Source: Myxococcota bacterium
GTDB lineage: Bacteria; Planctomycetota; UBA1135
Direction: 5' to 3'
Length of the DNA: 64,000 nucleotides
Assembly (NCBI GenBank): GCA_047638975.1
Contig: JBLINB010000001.1
Location: 50,981-114,980, forward strand
The position numbers and the translations under genes were made by a program. How positions within the stretch are numbered: position 1 is the first letter of the stretch; every line of letters starts with the position of its first letter. The notes under the pieces are model-generated. The model made no database searches. It saw only the letters and a program-made list of their open reading frames with translations, and was not told the DNA's origin. Positions 41,165 to 50,667 of this stretch are shown one piece after another.

Positions 41165-42748
41165 TTATTCGATGATACCGCGCATCGCACGTTTCTTTTG
41201 CGCAATGGCATTGTCGCGCATATCTGCGACAGCCGGGTAATCGAAATGGGTCAGCCCTGCTTCGAAATCAGCAATAGCTGCATCGTAATTTTTCATCTCA
41301 AGGTAAATAGACCCGCGCTCGGCATAGTTAATAATTTGATTCATCGGATCTTTTAACTTTGCTAGCAACAAGGTGTAAGCTTCAAGCGCTCGCGGGTAAT
41401 CACCCGTTTCCACTGCCGAGGATGCCGCTGCTTGTAAATCTTGTGTCGATTCAGGCAGTGGCTTCACTTCTTCACCAGTACCTTTGAAGGTAACCGTTAC
41501 GCATTTTTTATTGGCGAGATATGTTTTACATACCCGCGCCAAATCTTCGACACTCACCGCCTCGATTGCCGCTTGATAGCCCACCATCGCGGCGGTCAAA
41601 TCGTGCGCCGCATACCAGGCTAAAGTACCCGCAAGCGCAAAATACGGACGTGAACGCATCGGTTGGCTAGCATAAACATCTGCAAGCAAGTCTTTTACTT
41701 CGGCAAGTACCGAGGCATCAGCTTCGCCCAACTTGTACTTCGTAAGCATGCGCGCCGTTTGCTTTGCGATGACTGCTGGGTCATTAGCACCAACCGACCA
41801 TCCTATCTTAAAGATGTCTTGCTCAATACGGCCACCAACGCCAACATTCACAATCACATTTGCAGCAATTTCATCACGCTGCAGCATTGCGGCAAGTACG
41901 TCTAAAGCCGCACGGTCCGCATGGCTAATGTTCGGAGTCAACCAGCAGCGCACGACTCGGTCACGTGGCAGCTGCGAAGTAATTTCAACGCTACGTGAAG
42001 CGCTAAGCTCTGGCTCAAAGTAATGATTATTAGAAACGGATTGCGACTTCAATCCACCAAAGGATTTCTCTATTAAATCTAAAGTCTGTGTTGGGTCGGC
42101 TGGGCCAACAACAACTAAGGCAGTACGATTCGGATGATAATAGGCATCGTAAAAGAACTTAACCCTATCTACGCCCAACTGCGGTGCCTTGGTGTGTCCG
42201 TTCTTATCACGCAGACCATGTCGATAAGGATGCGATTTATAAACCGCATTTTCAAGTTGCTGCAGGCGACCTTCGCTTGGTTGATAGGCATGTTCCTCTT
42301 CGATATCTAAACGATGGCGCTCGTGAAGCACGGGCTTCTCGGCAAGGGACAAAGAGCGCAAACGGTCGGCTTCCATTTCTAGCACTTTGCCGAGGTGCTC
42401 TGGCGCAAAGTTGTGATCGTAATACATGGTGTAGTCATCGCGTGTGAATGCATTCGATTCTCCACCCCAGCTAACTACTGTTTTTTCGTGCTCGTCAGGA
42501 CCTGTAGTGGCCGTACCAGCAAACATCGCATGTTCGGTCAAGTGAGCCAACCCCGTCGTGCTTGAGGTCTCGTCACGCGTCCCAGCAGCGATTGCCATAA
42601 ACACTGATGTGGTATCACCAGCATCTAATATCGCATAAGCGCGTAGCCCGTTATCAAGGACTCGGTACTCGAAAGTATGTTCGCCTATAGTCAATTGTTG
42701 CTGAGAACTAGCCAGTGCAAGCGAAAGGAATATTGTTGCAGTAATCAT
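41165..42748 (-). CDS. Secreted M16 family peptidase with a C-terminal TPR domain
   Basis: GLAHLTEHAMF (HxxEH) and C-terminal TPR-like helices (YPRALEAYTLLL..., NYDAAIADFEAGL). The start was trimmed to the signal peptide MITATIFLSLALAS. Confidence 0.75.
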   Translation of the reverse strand: MITATIFLSLALASSQQQLTIGEHTFEYRVLDNGLRAYAILDAGDTTSVFMAIAAGTRDETSSTTGLAHLTEHAMFAGTATTGPDEHEKTVVSWGGESNAFTRDDYTMYYDHNFAPEHLGKVLEMEADRLRSLSLAEKPVLHERHRLDIEEEHAYQPSEGRLQQLENAVYKSHPYRHGLRDKNGHTKAPQLGVDRVKFFYDAYYHPNRTALVVVGPADPTQTLDLIEKSFGGLKSQSVSNNHYFEPELSASRSVEITSQLPRDRVVRCWLTPNISHADRAALDVLAAMLQRDEIAANVIVNVGVGGRIEQDIFKIGWSVGANDPAVIAKQTARMLTKYKLGEADASVLAEVKDLLADVYASQPMRSRPYFALAGTLAWYAAHDLTAAMVGYQAAIEAVSVEDLARVCKTYLANKKCVTVTFKGTGEEVKPLPESTQDLQAAASSAVETGDYPRALEAYTLLLAKLKDPMNQIINYAERGSIYLEMKNYDAAIADFEAGLTHFDYPAVADMRDNAIAQKKRAMRGIIE

Positions 42749-42800
42749 TCTGGGTAGTATATTTAATCTACAGACCTTAAGTGTTGAGTATAATTTTGGA

Positions 42801-43295
42801 ATGCCGTCCGTCACCGATTTGTTTTCTAGTCACGACACCCTCGTTGAGTGCTTAACGGCGCATAAGCGTGCCGTGGTGCTTGGGCGAATGCACGAGGCGC
42901 GACAAAGTTTCCAAGAATTTTGGGTGGCGATAAACGCGCACAGCATGTGCGAAGACGAATTGCTACTGCCAAAGTTTGTTCAACTAGGGCTCGAGACTAA
43001 CGGCTGCACCGCTGCACTACTTAGTAAAGAGCACATCAAATTACGCCGCCTAGCCGATGAAGCGCGAGCGCGAGTCAACGAACCAGTGTCTGGCTTAACT
43101 GCAGAACGGCGTATTTACTTACTTGAGAATCTGCATATGCTAAGCGAAGTGCTCGAACATCATGATGCGCGCGAACGGGCAGCTTTCTTATGCAAGTTTG
43201 ATGAAGTGTTAAGCGAAGTAGAAGCCACCGAGCTACATGCCGCCGCACAAAAACTAGAACTTAAATTAGCAGCAAGTTTAAGTGGTAAAATATAG
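42801..43295 (+). CDS. Hemerythrin-like (HHE cation-binding) domain protein
   Basis: HSMCEDELLLPKF and LEHHDARERAAFL match the H..EE..LFP pattern of the HHE domain. Confidence 0.45.
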   Translation: MPSVTDLFSSHDTLVECLTAHKRAVVLGRMHEARQSFQEFWVAINAHSMCEDELLLPKFVQLGLETNGCTAALLSKEHIKLRRLADEARARVNEPVSGLTAERRIYLLENLHMLSEVLEHHDARERAAFLCKFDEVLSEVEATELHAAAQKLELKLAASLSGKI

Positions 43296-43305
43296 CACTA
43301 GCTTT

Positions 43306-43872
43306 TCAACAGTTGATAGTGCCAACGGCAAAATATCCGCCGCCAAAACATTCTAGCTCAGAGCATTCGCTCCAGATATTGCGTCTTATATCGCCGGCAC
43401 CACTCCAGTTTGCGATGGGTACTACGAAGAAGTTACAGCAACGAAATACTCCGCGTAGCGGCTGCACATCTGCTATGACAATGCGTCCACCAGGTTTGAC
43501 TATGCGTTTGCAATCTTCGAGTACGGCATGCCAGTCGTCTGCGATATTCAAAACCAAAGACAGCAACACCACGTCTACCGAATCATCTGCGAGTACCGAC
43601 GGCGTCCCTAAAACGTAACTCACGTTGTCAAATTTGCGCGGCGCACGCTTTAACATGGCTGAATTATGGTCGAGTGCAATCACCTTTCCGGCGCCATGCG
43701 CCAAAGCCTTCATATTCAATCCGGTGCCACAGCCAATCTCTGCTAATAGCTCATTACCCTGCAAGTTCAAACGCCGCAGAGCCACTCTACGCAATTTTGA
43801 ATACAACGGACGGCACACAAAATCATAAACCGGAGCGATTTTCGTGTACCAATCGACTGTTAATTCGCTCAT
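43306..43872 (-). CDS. Class I SAM-dependent methyltransferase
   Basis: LAEIGCGTGLN is motif I, and VIALDHNSAML is motif II. The start was trimmed to MSELTVDW. Confidence 0.75.
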   Translation of the reverse strand: MSELTVDWYTKIAPVYDFVCRPLYSKLRRVALRRLNLQGNELLAEIGCGTGLNMKALAHGAGKVIALDHNSAMLKRAPRKFDNVSYVLGTPSVLADDSVDVVLLSLVLNIADDWHAVLEDCKRIVKPGGRIVIADVQPLRGVFRCCNFFVVPIANWSGAGDIRRNIWSECSELECFGGGYFAVGTINC

Positions 43873-43913
43873 TATTTTAATATTAGCAAACATTAGCCAA
43901 GTATGATACAGCC

Positions 43914-45275
43914 ATGTCAAACGACTTAACGCGCCGCAAGTTTTTACGCAACACTGCAATTACTGCAGCAGTTGTACCGAGTGCCGCCCAGCTGCTTAGT
44001 AGCTGTGCAACGATTCAGCCACCGAAATATGCAACGGATAAGCTGCGTCATGCAGCGATTGGCGTTGGTGGTATGGGCGGTGCTGATTTAAACCAAATAT
44101 CTGCGCATGCCGATGTAGAAATTATTGCGTTATGCGACGTCGATGCCAACAACCTTGCTGCTGCTGCAAAGTTGCATCCTAAGGCGCGTACTTACACCGA
44201 TTGGCGTGAGTTACTTGAACAAGAGCATCAAGGTTTAGATTCGGTAAACGTCACCACTCCCGATCACATGCATGCGCCTATTAGCTATAAAGCTATCGCG
44301 CTTGGCTTGCATGTTTATTGTCAAAAGCCTCTCACACATACCGTTGTCGAAGCACGCCGCCTAAAAGAAATCGCGCGCCGCAAAGGCGTCGTCACGCAGA
44401 TGGGCATTCAAAACCATTCTGCAGCAAATTATTCCGTGGCAAAGAAGCTTTTTGACCAAAACTTAATCAAAGACATTCACGAAGTTCACGTCTGGACCGA
44501 CCGCCCTGCCGGATGGTGGCCGCAAGGTGTCGAGCGTCCTGAAGGCGAAGACCCAATCCCAGAGACTCTCGATTGGGACAAATGGCTTGGCATAGCACCA
44601 GTACGTCCTTATAAAAAAGGCATTTATCATGCCTTCGCTTGGCGCGGACGACTCGATTTCGGCACCGGTGCACAAGGCGACATGGGGTGCCATTTAATGG
44701 ATCCAGCTACATGGTTTTTACAACTCACAGACCCTCTCACCATTAAATCGACTGGGCCTGCGCCAACTAAAGACACCTTCCCACTCGAATCGCACGTTGA
44801 ATATCAATTTCCGGCGACGTCCAAAACTGCTGCGGGCGGCGTGAAGGTGGTGTGGCATGATGGCAAAAACAAGCCAGAAGCTTTACTTAAGAAACATGGT
44901 TTTGCTGACAAGCCATATGCAAATGGTTCGTTATTTATTGGCAGCAATGGCGCGCACATGTTTAGCCCATATGAAATGCCGCAAACCACTTTTGACGACG
45001 ATCAACACCCCGCTGTCGTTTTGCCGCCGGCCACTCCGACTAATCATTGGCATCAATGGGTAGACGCTTGTTTCGGACGGGCTGTGGCTAGCGCACCCTT
45101 CGACTACGCGGCGCATTTAACCGAAGTCGCACTGTTGGGTAACATTGCCTTACATTTTCCGAACGAAACACTGCATTGGCAAGGCAAGCGTTTGCGTTTT
45201 GAAGGCAACGCAGCAGCGACTGCATTGTTAAGCAAAGATTACCGCAAAGGCTGGCGTTATTCGGGCTTGATGTAA
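43914..45275 (+). CDS. Gfo/Idh/MocA family oxidoreductase with a Tat signal peptide
   Basis: RRKFLRNTAITAA twin-arginine motif, GIGVGGMGG Rossmann motif and EKP-like catalytic regions. Confidence 0.8.
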   Translation: MSNDLTRRKFLRNTAITAAVVPSAAQLLSSCATIQPPKYATDKLRHAAIGVGGMGGADLNQISAHADVEIIALCDVDANNLAAAAKLHPKARTYTDWRELLEQEHQGLDSVNVTTPDHMHAPISYKAIALGLHVYCQKPLTHTVVEARRLKEIARRKGVVTQMGIQNHSAANYSVAKKLFDQNLIKDIHEVHVWTDRPAGWWPQGVERPEGEDPIPETLDWDKWLGIAPVRPYKKGIYHAFAWRGRLDFGTGAQGDMGCHLMDPATWFLQLTDPLTIKSTGPAPTKDTFPLESHVEYQFPATSKTAAGGVKVVWHDGKNKPEALLKKHGFADKPYANGSLFIGSNGAHMFSPYEMPQTTFDDDQHPAVVLPPATPTNHWHQWVDACFGRAVASAPFDYAAHLTEVALLGNIALHFPNETLHWQGKRLRFEGNAAATALLSKDYRKGWRYSGLM

Positions 45276-45279
45276 TACT

Positions 45280-45780
45280 TTAGAGTTCGGCCACGGCGCC
45301 ATCTAAAGTGGCCCACAATGCTATTACTTTACAATTCGCAAACTCTGCGCGCAGCTTAATCGCTGCCTCTAGGCATTGCGCTTGTTGCTTATCGTCAGCC
45401 ACCGGATTGCCGGCACAGCCCTCATGAGCCACTACTGCGATTTGCTGTGAGGCATGCGCATTGATTGAAATGTTTATATCGTGGACCACATTTTCCGGTA
45501 GACGGTCACTTAATAAAGCGACTGGGCCGGCCTCGGTGATGGTATCTATAAAAGACACATCAAAACGCTGACGTAAAAACGTGTTAACCGACGTTTGAAA
45601 ACGCCCGTCGATGCAATTTATTACTGTGGCAAAACTCATTAAACACTTTTGGCAAAGGCAATCTGTATAGCGACTGCTGATTGGCACCAATGGTAGAGCG
45701 GCGCACCAGCATGCGGTAGAGCAATTTGCAGCGCAATCAAAGTTAGCGGTGCAGCGTGGGCATTGTTTTTTATCGGCCAT
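45280..45780 (-). CDS. Hypothetical protein, a cysteine-rich (CWC-like) N-terminal module fused to an uncharacterised C-terminal domain
   Basis: CPRCTANFDCAANCSTACWCAALP and then CLCQKC. The C-terminal region NISINAHASQQIAVVAHEGCAGNP matches nothing that I can assign. Confidence 0.3.
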   Translation of the reverse strand: MADKKQCPRCTANFDCAANCSTACWCAALPLVPISSRYTDCLCQKCLMSFATVINCIDGRFQTSVNTFLRQRFDVSFIDTITEAGPVALLSDRLPENVVHDINISINAHASQQIAVVAHEGCAGNPVADDKQQAQCLEAAIKLRAEFANCKVIALWATLDGAVAEL

Positions 45781-45797
45781 TCAAGTACATTGTACCC

Positions 45798-46487
45798 ATG
45801 CAGCAAGGCTGGTATTACGTCCAAAATCACAAACAGCAAGGTCCGGTAGATCTTGTTGAGCTACAACGCATGTTAAAATCGCGTGTGCTAGCCTTTGACA
45901 CTTTGGTTTGGCATCAATCGCTTAGCAAGTGGGAGGCGGCAAAATCTCTAAGTGTGTTTAAGCTACAACCTACTGTAATCGAAGTCGAGCCCGAGGTAAT
46001 CGACACACCGCCACCACCGCGACCGCGTCCGCCATCGGATGGTGGCTATGTACCTCAAAAAAAACGTCGTCCGCTTGATATTAATTTAAGTGGTCACCCA
46101 TGGCGTCGCTACTTCTCTCGCAGTATTGACTCCATGTTGATGGTTTTTATATTGCCTGTTATTCCGCCAAACCCGGCGGTCTTACTCGATTACAGATTTT
46201 CGATTGCCACTGCAATAGCTGCAATGCTTCTGCATGCCGCACTGCAATCGACTTGGGGATCGACGCCTGGTAAAGCACTGATGCAATATAGTGTGCGCAA
46301 CCCTAATGGCAGCAAATTGTCTTTCGAGCAAGCTCTGCGTCGTGAATTCAAAATACTCTTTCACGGTTTAGGCTTCGGGATCCCATTCCTGTCGACATTT
46401 ACCCAGCTGTCTGCCTATAACAGGCTCAAGAGAACGGGCACCACCTCATGGGATAAGGATGGTGGCTTTATAGTCAACCATCGATAA
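45798..46487 (+). CDS. DUF4339 (GYF-like) domain fused to an RDD-family membrane domain via a Pro-rich linker
   Basis: MQQGWYYVQNHKQQGPVDLVELQRML...LVWHQSLSKWEAA is the DUF4339 pattern. This is followed by PPPPRPRPP and then hydrophobic helices with an R..D pattern. Confidence 0.5.
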   Translation: MQQGWYYVQNHKQQGPVDLVELQRMLKSRVLAFDTLVWHQSLSKWEAAKSLSVFKLQPTVIEVEPEVIDTPPPPRPRPPSDGGYVPQKKRRPLDINLSGHPWRRYFSRSIDSMLMVFILPVIPPNPAVLLDYRFSIATAIAAMLLHAALQSTWGSTPGKALMQYSVRNPNGSKLSFEQALRREFKILFHGLGFGIPFLSTFTQLSAYNRLKRTGTTSWDKDGGFIVNHR

Positions 46488-46494
46488 TCTTCAA

Positions 46495-47178
46495 ATGCCT
46501 AGACAACTTCAAAAGTGTATGGCCGAGTTCATCGGCAGCTTCGCGCTAATCTTTTTTGCTTGCGGTGCGGCAGCCATCAACATTGAACTCGGTACCTTGG
46601 GTATCGGCCTAGTCTTTGGTGCAGTGATCATGGTAATGATCTTAGCAACCGGCCATATTTCCGGCGCGCACTTCAATCCGGCTGTCACCCTTGCTTTTGC
46701 GGTAGACGGGCGCTTCAAATGGTCACAAGTGCCATACTACATTGTGGCGCAATGCCTAGGATGCGTTGCGGGCGCACTTACTTTATCGATGGTCATTAAC
46801 GACCCATTCTCTAGTTTAGGATTAACTCAAGCTGCCTCAGATGTCAGTCACACTAGCTTGTTTGTCATCGAATTTGTTTTGACGTTTATTTTGATGTTCG
46901 TCATTTCAGCAGTGGCTACCGACTCACGCGCAGTCGGCGAATTAGCGGCGGTCGCCATTGGCGGCTGCGTTGCAATAGCCGCGATGGTATTTGGACCACT
47001 AACCGGTGCGTCAATGAATCCGGCGCGTAGCATTGGACCAGCTATCGCAACGGCTAACTACAACGACTTGATTTTTTACATCATTGCGCCAATACTCGGA
47101 GCGATTTGCGGAACGTTATTTTATTCAACTATTCGTTGCGACGAAGAACAAGACAGCGATGCGGCCGGCTGTTGCTAA
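46495..47178 (+). CDS. MIP family channel (aquaporin/glycerol facilitator)
   Basis: Two NPA boxes, HISGAHFNPAVT and SMNPARSIG, and six TM helices. Confidence 0.85.
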   Translation: MPRQLQKCMAEFIGSFALIFFACGAAAINIELGTLGIGLVFGAVIMVMILATGHISGAHFNPAVTLAFAVDGRFKWSQVPYYIVAQCLGCVAGALTLSMVINDPFSSLGLTQAASDVSHTSLFVIEFVLTFILMFVISAVATDSRAVGELAAVAIGGCVAIAAMVFGPLTGASMNPARSIGPAIATANYNDLIFYIIAPILGAICGTLFYSTIRCDEEQDSDAAGCC

Positions 47179-47187
47179 GATAGCCTA

Positions 47188-48171
47188 GTGCGTATTTGCC
47201 TCCTAACCAATCAAGACATAGACTCGCCAGACTTTCCGGCAGACGATTGGCGTTGCGATCCGCGTCCATATTTGCCAGAAGCGGAATGGGTGGTAGGTTA
47301 TGTAGGCGAAAAAGAAACTTCGATAGCCGATGTCGAAGCATTAGTGGCGCAAGGTTTTGATTTATTCTTCAACTTATGCGACGGTTGCGAATCAGAAGAC
47401 GACAACCCTGGTGTTGAAGTTGTAGAAACGCTCGAGCGCCTGGGGCAGCCTTACACCGGAGCAAATCCAGAATTTTGGGAGCCTTCGCGCGAGAAGGTCA
47501 AGCAGGTTTGCAAGCAATACGGAATCAAAACACCAGCCGCAGTACGCGTTAAAGACGATGCTAGTTTTGAACGCGCCTTGAAAACGCTTCGGTTTCCGAT
47601 GTTTGTTAAACATTACAGTAGTTATGCCAGCATTGATATCAGCCGCCAGTCAAAAGTCACCACCGAGGCTGGCTTATTGCGGCAAGTGAATAAAATCATC
47701 AGCAAGCATGGCGCGGCCTTAGTCGAAGAATTTATTGATGGCGATGAATGCACGGTACTCGTTGCGGAAAACCCGCAAGACGCGCAGCACCCCATTGCTT
47801 TCACTCCGATTCAATATGAATTTCCGGCAGGAGACACCTTCAAGCACGAATCGCTAAAGTGGGATGAAGACCAGTTTTGTGGCCTGAAAACGGCACCGGT
47901 CAAAGACCCCGTCTTGGCTGCGCGTTTACGCCGCGAGTCTGTTGATCTGTTTAAAGGCTTAAACGGTGTCGGCTTTGGACGCTGCGATATTCGCATTGCC
48001 AAAGACGGCACCCCTTATATGCTAGAGATAAATGCTAACTGTGGCATTTATTACCCAGACGATGCTGCCGGAAGTGCTGACTTTATTCTTAGCAACGATC
48101 CGGCCGGGCATATCGGATTTACTCAGCTTTTGATTGACGCGGCTTTTGCACGCCACAGCTCTCGCAAGTAG
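47188..48171 (+). CDS. ATP-grasp protein of the D-alanine--D-alanine ligase family
   Basis: ATP-grasp fold (LVEEFIDGDECTV, GVGFGRCDIRIAKDGTPYMLEINANCG). GTG start. Confidence 0.6.
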   Translation: MRICLLTNQDIDSPDFPADDWRCDPRPYLPEAEWVVGYVGEKETSIADVEALVAQGFDLFFNLCDGCESEDDNPGVEVVETLERLGQPYTGANPEFWEPSREKVKQVCKQYGIKTPAAVRVKDDASFERALKTLRFPMFVKHYSSYASIDISRQSKVTTEAGLLRQVNKIISKHGAALVEEFIDGDECTVLVAENPQDAQHPIAFTPIQYEFPAGDTFKHESLKWDEDQFCGLKTAPVKDPVLAARLRRESVDLFKGLNGVGFGRCDIRIAKDGTPYMLEINANCGIYYPDDAAGSADFILSNDPAGHIGFTQLLIDAAFARHSSRK

Positions 48172-48172
48172 T

Positions 48173-48601
48173 CTATTTAGTCTTGTTCTCTTTCTTGACG
48201 TTACCACGTTCGGTACGTTCTCTGCGTTCAGTACGCTCTCCACGTTCAGTACGCTCTCCACGTTCGGTACGCTCTCCACGTTCAGTACGCTCTCCACGTT
48301 CGGTACGCTCTCCACGTTCAGTAGTAGCACGCATTGCTCGGATCATCGCTTTTCTTTGCGCGTGGCTAATTTCACCCGCGTCAACGGCCTTCTGTAAGCG
48401 CTCGTGAACGGGATTAGCTTTGCGCTGCCCTTCTTGGCGCTCGCCTCTTACGCGCTCTTTGCCTTGCTCTTTGCCTTGCTCTTGCTCTTGACGCGCCTCC
48501 TTATCTGGACGTGGACGTTCTTGGCTTTGCGCAAAAGACATGCCGCTTGTCAATATAACTGCCGACAACGGCAACACTAACTTAATCATTGTTTTTATCA
48601 T
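48173..48601 (-). CDS. Secreted low-complexity protein with an LTxxQ-like motif and an ERGERT hexapeptide array, rep A
   Basis: Signal peptide MIKTMIKLVLPLSAVILTSGMSFAQ. KAVDAGEISHAQRKAMIRAM resembles the Spy/CpxP/ZraP LTxxQ helix. Then (TERGER)x7. Confidence 0.4.
   Translation of the reverse strand: MIKTMIKLVLPLSAVILTSGMSFAQSQERPRPDKEARQEQEQGKEQGKERVRGERQEGQRKANPVHERLQKAVDAGEISHAQRKAMIRAMRATTERGERTERGERTERGERTERGERTERGERTERRERTERGNVKKENKTK
48196..48322. repeat. 18-nt tandem repeat (about 7 copies) encoding TERGER
   Basis: cacgttc(a/g)gtacgctctc is repeated head-to-tail. Confidence 0.8.
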
Positions 48602-48716
48602 TGTCTTTATACCCCATATAATTTATTTGGTTGCGTTAAAGACTCATAATATCGTCTGACATATAACCAGAACAACTCCTGTTGCAAGGATTCAGCGGTC
48701 AACGTATGCTTAATGC

Positions 48717-49055
48717 ATGCTAGCAACTAGTGTCCTGACCGAACAACGCATCAAAGCCACGTCTTTGTTCGCTCTGTTCTTTCTGGCATTTGTACTAGCA
48801 CTGCCATTCCATATGGCCCACGACCATCATTGTCATGTCGAAGACGTAGAAATACATCAGCACGACGGCGAGCATCCTGTTTTTGAATTTACTACAGTCG
48901 GCTTAATCGCCCCAGTGGTCATTAATGCAGCGCCAAACGTTGCCAAAGTTGTTTTTGTAACAACAGTTGTCGGCACGGTCGATATACACAAATCTTTTAT
49001 TTATAAATCGGGTCACTTCGAGCAGCAACGCTTACGTGGTCCACCGCTTGCTTAA
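48717..49055 (+). CDS. Small His-rich membrane protein upstream of the metal efflux operon
   Basis: TM helix, then HMAHDHHCHVEDVEIHQHDGEH, then a second hydrophobic segment. Confidence 0.35.
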   Translation: MLATSVLTEQRIKATSLFALFFLAFVLALPFHMAHDHHCHVEDVEIHQHDGEHPVFEFTTVGLIAPVVINAAPNVAKVVFVTTVVGTVDIHKSFIYKSGHFEQQRLRGPPLA

Positions 49056-49114
49056 CTTTTTTACTTCGCGCTGTAAAGATGCAGCACGATTTCTAGAACT
49101 AGTTAACAAGCAAA

Positions 49115-50665
49115 ATGCAACTCAAATTTCACACCCTTACTTTGGTCGTGTGTGCTGGCGCTCTACTCTACAGCTGTAGCGATCGCCAAGCCCTCGATAC
49201 CCATCTACACTCTGCCGACGAATGGCCGGCAAACGCGCAAACGGTTTATTCCGAACAGCACCAATTGTTCTTCGAGAACGAATATGCTGTCATCGGCCGC
49301 GAAACTGGCTTTGCGCTGCACGTCTCAAATTTAGACGACGGCACTCCGCGCACTACCGGCTCAATCGAGATTAATTTAAAAGTTGACGACCAACACATCA
49401 ACAGAATATTTCTCGCGCCAAACCGTCCAGGTATTTACTTAACGCATTTAGCTTTCGACAATATCGGCAGCTACTCTTGGACAGTGACTATTGATGGTGT
49501 AGTAACTACGCTTAATAATGTGGTTGTCTTTGATGACGAGCACAATGCCGTGCATGCTGCAGAAGACGCCGCAAGTGAAAGCGGAATAACCATGCTCAAA
49601 GAGCAGCAATGGCCTATCCGTTTACTCACTGAGCAAGTAAAAGAAACTAACCTAGCACATCAAGTACCCGCAACAGCGCGAGTCAGTGCTTGCAAGACTC
49701 ACACTGCAAAGATTATTGCTCCGCTAACCGGAAACCTCCTTGCACCTCCTAACTCAACGCGCATTATTTTGGGGCAGCAAGTTAAAGCTGGAGAATTACT
49801 TGCCGTGCTACGCATCCCATTACTTGGCGAACAGCTTATCCAATGGCAAGCGTCTAAAGCAGAGGCTATCGCTGAAAACGAACGCACCACTGCAGCACTC
49901 GCACAAGCAACAGCGGCACTAGAGCGCGTCCAAAAATTGCACGCACAGCAAGCCAAATCGCAACGAGAACTTGAAGAAGCACTCTATCAGCATGCTAGCG
50001 CAGTTGCAGCTCAGGCCGCGGCCAGCACCATGCTTAAGGCTTACTCCGAAGCTGTTCCGGGCACGGCAATGGATTTAAAAATATTCGCGCCGATCAGCGG
50101 CCAAATAATCAATGCGCCCGCCGCCAGTGGCGAATGGGTAGGCGCCGACAGCGAATTGTTTCAACTGCAAGATTTAAGTCAACTGCATATTGCAGTGCGT
50201 GTTCCTGAAGCCGACTTACCCTACTTGGCAACGAATCTGCAGGCGCAAATACCTCACCCGAGTAATGGTAGCACCCTCAATTTACCAGGCAGCGATGGCA
50301 AATTATTGTTGTCCGCGCAAAAAGTAGATCCGCAGACACACTCTGCCGAAGTTATATATGAAATACTAAACCCAGGATGGCTGCGCCCGGGCATGACCAT
50401 GACGGCGCAACTTGCCACTGGTGAAGAGCATCGTGTGATGTCCATACCGCTCAGCGCGATAGTGGACGATTCCGGCATCAACATCGCCTTTGTGCAAAGC
50501 GGTGGCGAAAACTTTGCTCGGCGCGCATTGCGTCTCGGGCATCGCGATGGCCAGCGAGTAGAAATACTTGAAGGCTTGGCTTTGGGCGAGCGCGTAGTCA
50601 TTGACGGCGCTTATGTTGTACACTTAACTGCTCTATCTGGCACTATCCCCGTGCACTCGCACTAA
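49115..50665 (+). CDS. Efflux RND periplasmic adaptor (MFP) with an extra N-terminal lipoprotein domain of about 150 aa
   Basis: Lipobox LLYSCS. The C-terminal 350 aa have the HlyD/CusB-like lipoyl, beta-barrel and MP domains. The N-terminal extension is of unknown type. Confidence 0.7.
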   Translation: MQLKFHTLTLVVCAGALLYSCSDRQALDTHLHSADEWPANAQTVYSEQHQLFFENEYAVIGRETGFALHVSNLDDGTPRTTGSIEINLKVDDQHINRIFLAPNRPGIYLTHLAFDNIGSYSWTVTIDGVVTTLNNVVVFDDEHNAVHAAEDAASESGITMLKEQQWPIRLLTEQVKETNLAHQVPATARVSACKTHTAKIIAPLTGNLLAPPNSTRIILGQQVKAGELLAVLRIPLLGEQLIQWQASKAEAIAENERTTAALAQATAALERVQKLHAQQAKSQRELEEALYQHASAVAAQAAASTMLKAYSEAVPGTAMDLKIFAPISGQIINAPAASGEWVGADSELFQLQDLSQLHIAVRVPEADLPYLATNLQAQIPHPSNGSTLNLPGSDGKLLLSAQKVDPQTHSAEVIYEILNPGWLRPGMTMTAQLATGEEHRVMSIPLSAIVDDSGINIAFVQSGGENFARRALRLGHRDGQRVEILEGLALGERVVIDGAYVVHLTALSGTIPVHSH

Positions 50666-50667
50666 TT

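Noticed and set aside
42801-43959. Head-to-head overlaps of 14 and 46 nt between divergent gene starts (M16 and hemerythrin; MTase and Gfo oxidoreductase)
   Set aside because: They are resolved by choosing internal starts that coincide with signal peptides or conserved N-termini (42748 and 43872). They are not genuine overlaps.
48134-48407. Plus-strand ORFs of STFSTL and RSVRSP repeats
   Set aside because: They are antisense frames of the TERGER 18-nt repeat in rep A and are not independent genes.
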